DNA of 64,000 nt from Candidatus Eiseniibacteriota bacterium (GTDB lineage: Bacteria; Eisenbacteria; RBG-16-71-46; CAIMUX01; VGJL01). The DNA lies in contig JBHGAY010000011.1 of assembly GCA_041946735.1 (NCBI GenBank), positions 32,001 through 96,000 of the forward strand, read 5' to 3'. Shown here piece after piece: positions 29,046 through 37,892 of this stretch. The translations under genes and the position numbers were made by a program. The notes below the pieces were generated by a model. The model did no database searches and was not told where the DNA came from. It saw only the letters and a list, made by a program, of their open reading frames with translations. The stretch's first letter is position 1. The number at the start of each line of letters is the position of its first letter.

Positions 29046-31340
29046 CTACGAAGGCCGGACTTCTCCGCGCGGGGTCATCTCGATCACCGCGTCCGGCTGG
29101 CGCGTGGTCGACTTCCCGGTCTTCAGCCCGAGGACGAACCAGACCAGCGCGATCACGCCGAGGCCGAAGATCGAGTCTCCGACGATGCGCATCCATCGCA
29201 GCGTGTCCATCACCGGAGTTTGCAGGAACTCCGCCGATCGGGCGTACCAGTACCCGTGCTCGACGCTCGCCCAGGTCTGGATGAGCCCGACCGGCAGGAG
29301 TGACACGAGGACCATCCCGGCCAGCCCGATGTTGATCGCCCAGAACGCGAAGCCGACCACCTTGTCTTTCCAGACGAGGTGGGGCGTGAGGCCCTTAAGG
29401 CAGAAGAGCATCAGGCCGATCCCGAGCATCCCGTAGACGCCGAAGAGCGCCGAGTGCCCGTGTACCGGGGTCGTGTTGAGTCCCTGCATGTAGTAGAGGG
29501 CGATCGGCGGATTGATCAGGAATCCGAAGAGCCCGGCGCCGACCAAGTTCCAGAAGCCGACGGCGACGAAAAAGTAGATCGGCCACTTGTACGCCGCGAC
29601 CCACGGGCGCGCCCGCGACAACGTCAGGTTCTCGTACGCCTCGAACCCGATCAGCACGAGCGGGACGACCTCCAGCGCGCTGAACGTCGCGCCGAGCGCG
29701 AGGACCGAGATCGGCGTGCCGGTGAAGTAGAGATGGTGGAACGTTCCGATGATCCCGCCGGCCAGGAAAATGATCGTCGAGAAGAGAACGGCGGAGGTCG
29801 CCGTCGCGACGCGCAACAGCCCCATCCGCGTGAACAGGAAGGCGATCACGACCGTCGCGAAGACCTCGAAGAATCCTTCCACCCAGAGGTGCACGACCCA
29901 CCAGCGCCAGTATTCCGCGACGGCGAGGTTCGTGTTCCGTCCCCACATCAGCCCGGCGCCGTAGAACGCCGCGATGGCGGCCGAAGAGATCACGAACATT
30001 CCAAGGAGCGATCGGTTCTCGCTCGGCGTGCGGAGCATCGGCCACAGCGCGCGCACGAGCAGGAAGAGCCAGACGAACAGCCCGACGAAGAGGAAGATCT
30101 GCCAGAAGCGGCCGAGGTCGACGTACTCGTATCCCTGATGCCCGAACCAGAAGTTCGAGACGAAACCGAGCTTCTGCTGCGTCCCCAGCCATTGCCCGGC
30201 GAGCGATCCGACGACGATGACGAGCAGGGCGACGTAGAGGAAGTTGACGCCGAAGCGCTGGAAGCGAGGCTCACGCCCGGCGACCGCAGGGGCGACGAAG
30301 AGCCCCGTCGCGAGCCACGCGGTTGCGATCCAGAAGATGCCGAGCTGGATGTGCCACGTCCGAGTGACGGAGTAGGGCAGCCAGGAGGCGAGGCGAATCC
30401 CATAGAAGCCGTTCCCCTCGACGCCATAGTGGGCGGAGAGGATTCCGGGGAGGATCTGCGCGAGGAGCAGCCCCGCCGCTGTCCAGAAATACTTCCGCGT
30501 CGCCTTCATCGAGGCGGTTGCTTGCAGCGCGAGAAGCGGATCGCGCTTCGGGAGGTCCACCTCGTGCTGCGGTTTGCGCTTCTGCACCGCGAAGTACCAG
30601 GCGAGCGCCCCGATCCCCGCAAGCAGCAGGACGAAGCTCACGACCGACCAGACGACCGCCTGGCCGGTCGGCCGGTTGCCGATGAGCGGCTCGTGTGGCC
30701 AGTTCGAGGTGTAGGTGACGTCGCTTCCCGGCCGGTCGGTGGCGCACGCCCATGACGTCCAAAAGAAGAATGCGGCCATGTCGTGGCGGCGCGCCGGATC
30801 GGGCACGCTGTTCGAAGGGATCGCGTAGGCCTCGCGAAGCCGGTCGAGGGTCGACTCGTCGCCGAAGAGCGCCTCATAGTGCGCGCCGACCGCGGCGATG
30901 GCCGCCCCCCGGTCCGCGGAGATCACGATCTCGCCGGTCGCAGGATCGTAGGTGTTGCGGCGCAGCTCCTCGCTCAAGCGGACCCGAAGCGCTCCCTGTT
31001 CCTCAGCGGTCAGGCGGTCGTAGGGGAGGGAATGTTCGGCCTGGGCCCAGTGATCGAGCAGCCAGGTCGATTCACGATGCAGCCAGTCAGCCGACCAGTC
31101 CGGGGCTACGTACGCTCCATGTCCCCAGATCGATCCGACCTCCTGACCTCCCATCGATTGCCAGACGTTCTGGCCGTTCTGGATCTCGGCCGCGGTGAAG
31201 ATCGTCGTTCCTTCGGCCGTCCGCACGCGGGTAGGGATCGGCGGAGCCTTGTGGTAGATCTCACGGCCGAACCATCCGAGGACGGCAAACGAGCCAACGA
31301 CTACCACCGCGAACCAGATCCAAAGCTTCCGGTACTGCAT
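29046..31340 (-). CDS. norZ: Quinol-dependent nitric oxide reductase (qNor)
   Basis: SIWGHGAYVAPDWSADWLHRE, YTSNWP, TWHIQ, WWVVHLWVEGFFEVF, GTFHH, HGHSALFG. Confidence 0.96.
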   Translation of the reverse strand: MQYRKLWIWFAVVVVGSFAVLGWFGREIYHKAPPIPTRVRTAEGTTIFTAAEIQNGQNVWQSMGGQEVGSIWGHGAYVAPDWSADWLHRESTWLLDHWAQAEHSLPYDRLTAEEQGALRVRLSEELRRNTYDPATGEIVISADRGAAIAAVGAHYEALFGDESTLDRLREAYAIPSNSVPDPARRHDMAAFFFWTSWACATDRPGSDVTYTSNWPHEPLIGNRPTGQAVVWSVVSFVLLLAGIGALAWYFAVQKRKPQHEVDLPKRDPLLALQATASMKATRKYFWTAAGLLLAQILPGILSAHYGVEGNGFYGIRLASWLPYSVTRTWHIQLGIFWIATAWLATGLFVAPAVAGREPRFQRFGVNFLYVALLVIVVGSLAGQWLGTQQKLGFVSNFWFGHQGYEYVDLGRFWQIFLFVGLFVWLFLLVRALWPMLRTPSENRSLLGMFVISSAAIAAFYGAGLMWGRNTNLAVAEYWRWWVVHLWVEGFFEVFATVVIAFLFTRMGLLRVATATSAVLFSTIIFLAGGIIGTFHHLYFTGTPISVLALGATFSALEVVPLVLIGFEAYENLTLSRARPWVAAYKWPIYFFVAVGFWNLVGAGLFGFLINPPIALYYMQGLNTTPVHGHSALFGVYGMLGIGLMLFCLKGLTPHLVWKDKVVGFAFWAINIGLAGMVLVSLLPVGLIQTWASVEHGYWYARSAEFLQTPVMDTLRWMRIVGDSIFGLGVIALVWFVLGLKTGKSTTRQPDAVIEMTPRGEVRPS

Positions 31341-31548
31341 CTCGATCCTCCGAAGGCGGGTCGTACGAGCCGCCTTGTCGTTGTCTTGCCGGGACCGGCG
31401 TCCAGGGCGGGCAAGCCGGTCCGATGTCGTCCTCGGTCGCGCGGGCCGCGGGCTTGCTGGTCTCCCTGCGTGCCGCTGTTTCCGGGGGCCCCGGCGCGCG
31501 GGCGGGTCCCTTGCGTCGCGCGCCGCAGCCTGGCCCCGCGGAAGAACG

Positions 31549-32934
31549 TCAGCTCGCCGTTCTTCGCCTCGGCGGCGGCGCGATCGTGGGGGAAAGGTGA
31601 ATGTCCATCGGGTCCGAGCGGAGGGGGGCTCCGGCTCCCGACTGCGTGACCGCGATCTCGTTCCGGGCGAGCAGGATCCGGATCAGCTCGATCCCCCAGA
31701 TCGTCAATCCGGTCAGCTCGAGGAGCCCGCTGATCCCGGCGATCGGGTACGCGGCCGGAGTGAAGTCGGTCAGCACCTGCATCGTGACACGGAGCGCGCA
31801 GCCGGCGTTCACGAGGAGAAACGGGGCGAGCATCCGGCTCCCGGTCTCGGGGCGCCGTCCCGCGAGCGAGGGGATGACCTTCGAAGAGACTCCGAGAACG
31901 GTGAGAGAGAGGAATCCGACGGTGATCGCGTGGCGCATCGCTCCGTACCAGGCATGGGAGAACGCGACTCCGGAGAGCTTGAAGTAGAGCGGAGCCGTCG
32001 CAAGCATCGCCATCGAGACGAGCAGCCAGACGTGCGAGGCGCGGAGGAAGCGGCCCGATCGTCCGGCGCGCGGCAGCGGCTTCCAGAGGCGCATGGTCAG
32101 GACGAAGGCGACCGCGCCCGCCGTGAGAACCAGGATCGAGATCCCCATCACGGCTGCCCACAAGGGGGCGCGGGTCTGCATGAACCGGACGAAGCCGACA
32201 GCTTCCCCCAGGATCGCAAGGTCGAGCGGAATCCAGAGCCAGGAAAGGAGACGGCGCGAGGGCTCGGCCGATCCGAACGCGATCGGGAAGATCCGCTGCG
32301 AGACGCCGAAGATCATCATCATCGCCAGGCCGTGGATCTGGAGATCGCGGAGAGCGAACTGCCATCCGGCGACCTGATGGAGCAATGCCTCCTTCGTCGG
32401 CGCGGCGACGAGCCGCGTGACGTGAAAGAGGTCGACGAACGATCCGGCCAGGAACCAGACGGCCGCGGAGAGAATGTAGAAGTCGTGGTTCTCGAAGTGC
32501 CGGGTCTGCGCCGCTCCGCGATACTGATAGACACGAAAGAGGACGAACGCGAAGAGGGCGACCGCGCCGATCTGCAGAATCGAGCCCGCGATGGCCAAGG
32601 CGGCGAAGAGCGGCCGATCGTGGAGCGGCTCTCCCACCGACCGGAGGACGATGCCGAGCAGCATCGCAACGAGCGAGGCGCGCGCGAGGCGCGGCGCGGG
32701 CAGCGGAGTCCCGCGGAAACGGGGGAACGCCTCGTAGGCGAAGCCGAGGATGAACAGGCCGATCCACCCGTAGATCTGCGCCTGAGCGTGTGCGTTGACC
32801 TCGAAGATCGACAGCTTCGTGAACGACCGGTCGGAGGCGATCCGCAGGAGCAGGAACGCGCCCCATCCCACGCCGGCGGTGAGCGTCGTCACAATGGCGG
32901 CCAGGAAGAACGGGCGGTGCACGCGCGCGATCAT
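31549..32934 (-). CDS. nnrS: NnrS family membrane protein
   Basis: HAHAQIYGWIGLFILG, RHAITVGF, multi-TM; ATGA-coupled to DUF1858; adjacent to qNor. Confidence 0.8.
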   Translation of the reverse strand: MIARVHRPFFLAAIVTTLTAGVGWGAFLLLRIASDRSFTKLSIFEVNAHAQAQIYGWIGLFILGFAYEAFPRFRGTPLPAPRLARASLVAMLLGIVLRSVGEPLHDRPLFAALAIAGSILQIGAVALFAFVLFRVYQYRGAAQTRHFENHDFYILSAAVWFLAGSFVDLFHVTRLVAAPTKEALLHQVAGWQFALRDLQIHGLAMMMIFGVSQRIFPIAFGSAEPSRRLLSWLWIPLDLAILGEAVGFVRFMQTRAPLWAAVMGISILVLTAGAVAFVLTMRLWKPLPRAGRSGRFLRASHVWLLVSMAMLATAPLYFKLSGVAFSHAWYGAMRHAITVGFLSLTVLGVSSKVIPSLAGRRPETGSRMLAPFLLVNAGCALRVTMQVLTDFTPAAYPIAGISGLLELTGLTIWGIELIRILLARNEIAVTQSGAGAPLRSDPMDIHLSPTIAPPPRRRTAS

Positions 32935-33179
32935 GAGTTCTCCTCGCGGGCCGCCGCCCCTCCGAACCCTTCGCGGAGCCGGAGGAAACGGATGATATCG
33001 TCGACGAACCGGTCCGGATCGATCCCGTAGTTGGCGGCGCACTCGCGAAGCGTCTCGAAGGGAGCCATCACACATCCGACACAGGCCATGCCGTTATCGA
33101 GGAACACCTTCGTACACGCCGGCCAGCGCGCCAGGACGTCTCCTGACATCATCATGCCGTGGATCGCGACTTCGTTCAT
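32931..33179 (-). CDS. DUF1858 (hybrid-cluster-associated redox disulfide) protein
   Basis: VFLDNGMACVGC...ETLRECAANYGID; AAGGAGG RBS. Confidence 0.85.
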   Translation of the reverse strand: MNEVAIHGMMMSGDVLARWPACTKVFLDNGMACVGCVMAPFETLRECAANYGIDPDRFVDDIIRFLRLREGFGGAAAREENS

Positions 33180-33227
33180 CGGTCCTCCTTCGGCGGACAG
33201 GATGACGCTTCGCGCGCTCGCCCATCC

Positions 33228-33241
33228 TTGCGCCAGCGCAA
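33228..33241. promoter_or_regulatory. NnrR/Fnr-type operator TTGCG-N4-CGCAA
   Basis: TTGCGCCAGCGCAA with perfectly palindromic arms, ~50 bp upstream of the DUF1858-nnrS start and just downstream of the regulator gene. Confidence 0.8.
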
Positions 33242-33338
33242 AGTTCGCGAATCTTTTCTCTTGAGGGTCGGTCGGGTGGTGGGAATGTCCGAGTGCCTCG
33301 AAAAGCGGTGGCGACTCCGGATTCGGTGAACGAGTCTC

Positions 33339-34127
33339 CTATGTCTCTCCTTCATCCTCGGTGTCGTCGCGCGACCCGAGGTCTTCGGCGATGACGACAA
33401 GGGCGTGCGGCGAGAGGATTCGGACGTGCTCGCGCCCTGCGACGAGAATGCCGCGCTGCTCCCATTCCTTCAGCAGGCGGCTGACGGTGAAGAGTGTCGT
33501 GCCGGAGAGGCGGGCGAGGGTCTCGCGAGAGAGGGGCATGTCGATCCGCACTCCCTTTTCCTCTGCCGCTCTCCGGCCGGAATGACGAACGAGACGCAGA
33601 AGCGTGCGAGCCAGCCGCTGCGCGACCCGTTCGGTCGCTAGCTCCCGATAGCGATCCTCGACCTCGCGAATCCTGTGCAAGAGGATCTCGACCGCGTTGC
33701 GGGCGATCCGCGGGAAGCGTTGAAGGAGCTCCTCGATTGCGGCGCCATCCCACACGAGCGCCTCGCTCTCCTCGACCGCGCGAGCGGAGACCGGGTAGGA
33801 GACCTCGTCGAGGACGGCCGTCAGGGCGAAGATCTCCCCGGGGCCGATCAGGCGGAGGATCACCTCCTGACCGTCGGCGCCGGACTGGATCAGCGAGACC
33901 CGGCCGCGGAGGAGGAGGTGCAGGCGACACGGGCGGTCCCCTTGCTCGAAGAAGCTGCCGCGCCTTGCCGCCACATTGCGGGTCGCCGCTCGCGCGACGG
34001 CCGACTGCTCCGCCGCGGCGAGCCCGCGAAAGAGGGCCGTCCGTCCGAGGATCTCCGTCCAGCGTTCCGCATCCGACGCGCGGCCGGAGTTCCTGTCGCC
34101 CGGACGTCCCGTGCCTCTGCCTGCCAT
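33339..34127 (-). CDS. Crp/Fnr family regulator, NnrR/DNR-like
   Basis: cNMP-binding fold (FEQGD, GPGEIF, YPVSARA); HTH GTTLFTVSRLLKEWE; no Fnr Cys cluster; alternative GTG start at 34145. Confidence 0.88.
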   Translation of the reverse strand: MAGRGTGRPGDRNSGRASDAERWTEILGRTALFRGLAAAEQSAVARAATRNVAARRGSFFEQGDRPCRLHLLLRGRVSLIQSGADGQEVILRLIGPGEIFALTAVLDEVSYPVSARAVEESEALVWDGAAIEELLQRFPRIARNAVEILLHRIREVEDRYRELATERVAQRLARTLLRLVRHSGRRAAEEKGVRIDMPLSRETLARLSGTTLFTVSRLLKEWEQRGILVAGREHVRILSPHALVVIAEDLGSRDDTEDEGET

Positions 34128-34440
34128 GACTTCCGATGCTGCCACAATTCGGCCGGCCTCGCGCCGCCCTGGTCGATCCGCCTGCCCGGCCGGGTCGGGG
34201 GCGCGACCCTCGCCGCTGGCGCCGGCTCCGACCTTCGCCCGCCTCGGCGGTGTCCGCCTCCGGCTGGTTGACCCGCCTACGGCCGTCCCTTAAGATGGCC
34301 ACGCCGAAATCTTACCCTGAGCGTTCGATCGGGAGTCGAACCCCCGATTCGGGGAACGGTGAATGTAGCTTCGTTCGGGGATGTGGCTGGCAGGGACGAG
34401 TGGGGGGCCCCGCTCGGCCTCCAGCCGAATGAGGTGGACC

Positions 34441-35586
34441 GTGGCTGACACGGAGCGGGTCATCGTCGATCTGCTGCGCAGCTTGCTGTCGCATCCCGGC
34501 GAACGCGACCGCGAACGTTTGGCAGACTCCGCCGTCCTCTACATCCGCGCCTTCACGATGAGCCACCTCCGGCAGCGCCGCTTCGGTTTCGGGGAGAGCT
34601 TCGCCGACGTTGCGACCAGCGCGGCCGGCATCCAGGTGGCGAGGCTTCTGCAGTCCAGCCGCCGGCAGCCGGAGAACGGCGAGGAGCCGCGCGAGGATCT
34701 GGCGAGGCTGAGATCCGCGATGCACAGGCGGCTGATCCAGGAAGCGGCCGCTCCGCGCCTGCCGGCGCGCCGGCGGGCCAGAATCCGCCGCGCCGCGCAG
34801 GCGGTCGCTGCAGGCGCGACGATCCCGGCCGAGCTTCCCGACGACGTCGTCCTGGCCTGCTGGCGATCGATCCTGCGAGGCCTCGCGCATCGCGGGATCA
34901 TCGAGGTCTGGAATCAGGAACACCCGGAGCTCGCGCGACAGCTTCGCGCGCTCAAGCGGATCCTCGCCAAAGGAGAGGGGGTGAGGATTCGCAAAGAGAA
35001 CGCTCGCGGGCAGCTTCTGGTGAGCGACGGCAGCGCGCTTCACCGTCCGTGCATCGACAGAGACGCGCTGCAACGGATGCTGCACCCGATTCCACGCAGC
35101 GTCCCGGATCTCGCCGGTTTGCTCCCCTCGATCCTCGTGCCGTCCGAGATCCACGGGGGCTCGGCGTTCCTGATGGACTTCCTCATCGCATGGGAAGACG
35201 TCCTTCGCCGGGAGGTGCCGCCGGACACCGAGGAGAGCGCGTCGTCCCGCGATGGCGTCCCGATCGAGCGCCTCGCCGGAGAGCTTCCACCGATCCTGCG
35301 CCGCCGCGCGCGCGATCTGCTGCGCGCGGACCAGCGCAAAGGGACGTTCGCCGGCGATGCGGACGACCCCGCGTGCCGCCTGTCCAACGCCTACGTCGAG
35401 ATCTCGGTCGAGATGGTCTCGCGAGATTGCGGAGTGGGCAATCCCGAGTGGTCCCGTCTCTCGCAGAAGAAACTGATCGAGCGCCTTCTCCCGGACGTCG
35501 CGACCGACGGCGTTCTCGCGAGGCACCAGCAGAAGATCGACTACCTCGTTCTGCGCCTGCGCGGGACGATACGGGTCCAGCCATGA
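34441..35586 (+). CDS. Hypothetical protein; candidate highly divergent ECF-sigma-like factor
   Basis: GTG start with GAGGTG RBS; helical, no TM; sigma2-like WRSILRGLAHRGIIEVW and sigma4-like terminal KIDYLVLRLRGTIR; ATGA overlap with the next gene. The ORF is well supported but the function is inferred. Confidence 0.45.
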   Translation: MADTERVIVDLLRSLLSHPGERDRERLADSAVLYIRAFTMSHLRQRRFGFGESFADVATSAAGIQVARLLQSSRRQPENGEEPREDLARLRSAMHRRLIQEAAAPRLPARRRARIRRAAQAVAAGATIPAELPDDVVLACWRSILRGLAHRGIIEVWNQEHPELARQLRALKRILAKGEGVRIRKENARGQLLVSDGSALHRPCIDRDALQRMLHPIPRSVPDLAGLLPSILVPSEIHGGSAFLMDFLIAWEDVLRREVPPDTEESASSRDGVPIERLAGELPPILRRRARDLLRADQRKGTFAGDADDPACRLSNAYVEISVEMVSRDCGVGNPEWSRLSQKKLIERLLPDVATDGVLARHQQKIDYLVLRLRGTIRVQP

Positions 35587-37814
35587 GCCTGGCCGAGCGG
35601 CCGCGCGAGGAGGCCTACGCGATCCGGGAGCTGCACGAGATCGCGGCCGATCTCGACGAGCTTCTCGCCATCGCGCAGCCACCGCTCGTCACCCTCCACG
35701 CGACCCGGCGCTTCCTCGAAGTGCTGGTTCCGTACGGGTCGAACGGCTGGATCGCCTATGGGGAGCGTCCGACGGTCGCGTTGACGAGATCGCTCGAAAC
35801 GCTCCAGCCGCTCGAAGGGATCCCTCTCGAGGATCTGCAGGCGGTCCGCGCGCTGCTGCAGCAGCTCGCCGACCTCGCTCTCCCGCGCGGCGCCGTGTCG
35901 CCGATGTTCGATCTGCCCGCGGCCGCCCTCCGGTCGCTCGCCATCGTCGAGAATGGGATCGAGAGGCTCACCGCCCTGCTTTCCGGGAAGGAGCCCGATC
36001 CTCAGGCAACGGAGGACCGAGCCGCCGTTCTGCTCGTTCCGGTGGCCGTCGGGCTGCGGGCGGCACGCGTGGCCCATCCCCTCTTTGCCGGCATTCGCGC
36101 GGGCCAGATCGTGAGGCTGCGTGTCGAGGCGGAGATGGGGCGGCGGCGCGCCGGGCCCGACCAGCTCCTCCTCGACGGACGGGCGACCGCGGAGACGCGC
36201 GCGGCGTTCTGCGCCGCGCTGTCCCACTTGGGCCAGCTCTCCGTCCCGGGCGCCCCCCGCCTGGAGCGATGCTGGTTCCGCGCCGCCTGGACTCCGGGCG
36301 ACTGCGATCTGGCGGGACGGTCCGCGAGCCTGCCGTTCCTGCTCGCCGCCGCCGCCGCCCGCGCCGCGCTCGCCCCGGGCAGGTCGGCCCGCGAGACGGT
36401 GGCGGGGACCGCCGTCACTTCCGACCTCGACGGCACCCGCAGCGCGCCCGTCTCCGAGGGCTCGCTTGGTCTGAAGGTGGCCGCCTGTTTCCACGCGTCG
36501 GTCCGCCAGCTTCTCGTGCCGTTCGAGCAGCGACAGCAAGCGCAGGAAGCGCTGCGCGCGCTGGAGGCGAAGCACCCGGAACGCCAGCTCCTCGTGCGCG
36601 GCGTGCGGGACGCGCGAGACGCATGGGGAGATCCGGGCGTGATCCGGACGCGCACGCGCACGGCGGCAGAGGCCTGCTCGACCCTCCTGCATCGATTCGC
36701 CGCGAGCCGGACGTTTGCGGTCGTGGTCATTCTCGCGTTCCTCGTGCTCCTGCTGCTGATATTCCTCGCTCTCCGCTGGACGCACTACAACCCGGTCGCG
36801 CTGGACTGGTCGAAGGGCCGGGATGAGCTGCTGGTCAAGAACCAATACGGCTTCACGGTGCTCGCGCTGCCGATCAGGCACCAGCATCCGAACGAGGTTA
36901 GCCTCTTCGGATATTCGCGAGCCCTGGCGGACCTCGACGGAGACGGAGTCAAAGAAGTGATCGCCATCCACGACGGCCGGGAGGAGGCGTTCTCGGCCCT
37001 GAGCATGTTCGACAGGAAGAAGCAGCCGGTCTGGACCAGGTTCTGCAACGACCTTTCACCCGGCATCGAGCGCAAGGTGGATGGCTTGGCGTGGTTCGCT
37101 TTCCTGCCTCTCGAGCTTGGACCGGGGGAACCGGCGAGGCTCGCCTGCCTGCGCCGCTCACGACAGGGCAGTCTCTCGGTTCTGGAGATCGACGACGCGG
37201 CGACCGGGCAGCTCCTGGGGCGCATGAGCAACATCGGGCACATCGAGGCGATCTACGAGACCGATCTCGACCGAGACGGGCGGAAGGATTTGTGGGCGTG
37301 CGGTACGGACAACGTCACGGGCATGGCGCTTCTCGCCGTGCTCGATCCGGCGGCGTTTCGGATCGAGGAAGGCGCCACCCGTGTCTCGGATCTCCTGGGC
37401 TTGACCGATCCTCGGTCGCTCGGCGCCGGAGTCCTCTCGCTGGTGGAGCTGCCCAAGCTCTCCTACTCGCGATCGGAGAGGGCGCAATGCACGACAGTGC
37501 AGATCGGCGATGACGGTGGAGTGATCGCGGGGAGCGCGGACCCGGATGGTAATTGCCTGTTCCATCTGCGGTTCCCCGACCTTCGAGCCCCGGTCCTCGA
37601 TCATGTGCAAATCACCGATGCTGGACGGAGCATCATTCGGTTCCGGGCCGGGAGAGACGTTCCCCTCGCCGAGTTCGCGGCCGAGGAAGCGGCGATGGCG
37701 CAAGCGGCCCGCATTCTCACGCCGGACGGTTGGCGGCCCTGCCCGGGAGGGGAGGCATCGCAGCCGGCCCCGCGGGAATCGGAGATTTCTGAAATACCTG
37801 CCGGTGGCAGGTAG
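35583..37814 (+). CDS. Membrane-anchored Lon_C (S16)-like protease domain, TM helix and extracytoplasmic FG-GAP-like beta-propeller
   Basis: LAGRSAS (Ser247), AVTSDL, LGLKVAA (Lys298), LLVP; TM FAVVVILAFLVLLLLIFLAL (~36714-36773); ADLDGDGVKEV and TDLDRDGRKDL motifs. Confidence 0.68.
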   Translation: MSLAERPREEAYAIRELHEIAADLDELLAIAQPPLVTLHATRRFLEVLVPYGSNGWIAYGERPTVALTRSLETLQPLEGIPLEDLQAVRALLQQLADLALPRGAVSPMFDLPAAALRSLAIVENGIERLTALLSGKEPDPQATEDRAAVLLVPVAVGLRAARVAHPLFAGIRAGQIVRLRVEAEMGRRRAGPDQLLLDGRATAETRAAFCAALSHLGQLSVPGAPRLERCWFRAAWTPGDCDLAGRSASLPFLLAAAAARAALAPGRSARETVAGTAVTSDLDGTRSAPVSEGSLGLKVAACFHASVRQLLVPFEQRQQAQEALRALEAKHPERQLLVRGVRDARDAWGDPGVIRTRTRTAAEACSTLLHRFAASRTFAVVVILAFLVLLLLIFLALRWTHYNPVALDWSKGRDELLVKNQYGFTVLALPIRHQHPNEVSLFGYSRALADLDGDGVKEVIAIHDGREEAFSALSMFDRKKQPVWTRFCNDLSPGIERKVDGLAWFAFLPLELGPGEPARLACLRRSRQGSLSVLEIDDAATGQLLGRMSNIGHIEAIYETDLDRDGRKDLWACGTDNVTGMALLAVLDPAAFRIEEGATRVSDLLGLTDPRSLGAGVLSLVELPKLSYSRSERAQCTTVQIGDDGGVIAGSADPDGNCLFHLRFPDLRAPVLDHVQITDAGRSIIRFRAGRDVPLAEFAAEEAAMAQAARILTPDGWRPCPGGEASQPAPRESEISEIPAGGR

Positions 37815-37892
37815 GACGTCGAAGTGAGGGCGGCTCGGCCAGAAGGCGAGGGGTGGCCGAGCCGGCCGCGAGACGAGTAGGGAGCAGATGAC

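Noticed and set aside
34328..34349. GGGTTCGACTCCC on the minus strand as a tRNA fragment or att site
   Set aside because: It forms only a local hairpin; there is no cloverleaf, no second copy and no integrase.
35049..35582. N-terminal 178 aa of the 921-aa ORF call
   Set aside because: It overlaps the upstream gene out of frame and is low-complexity; ATG 35583 with ATGA coupling is the better start.
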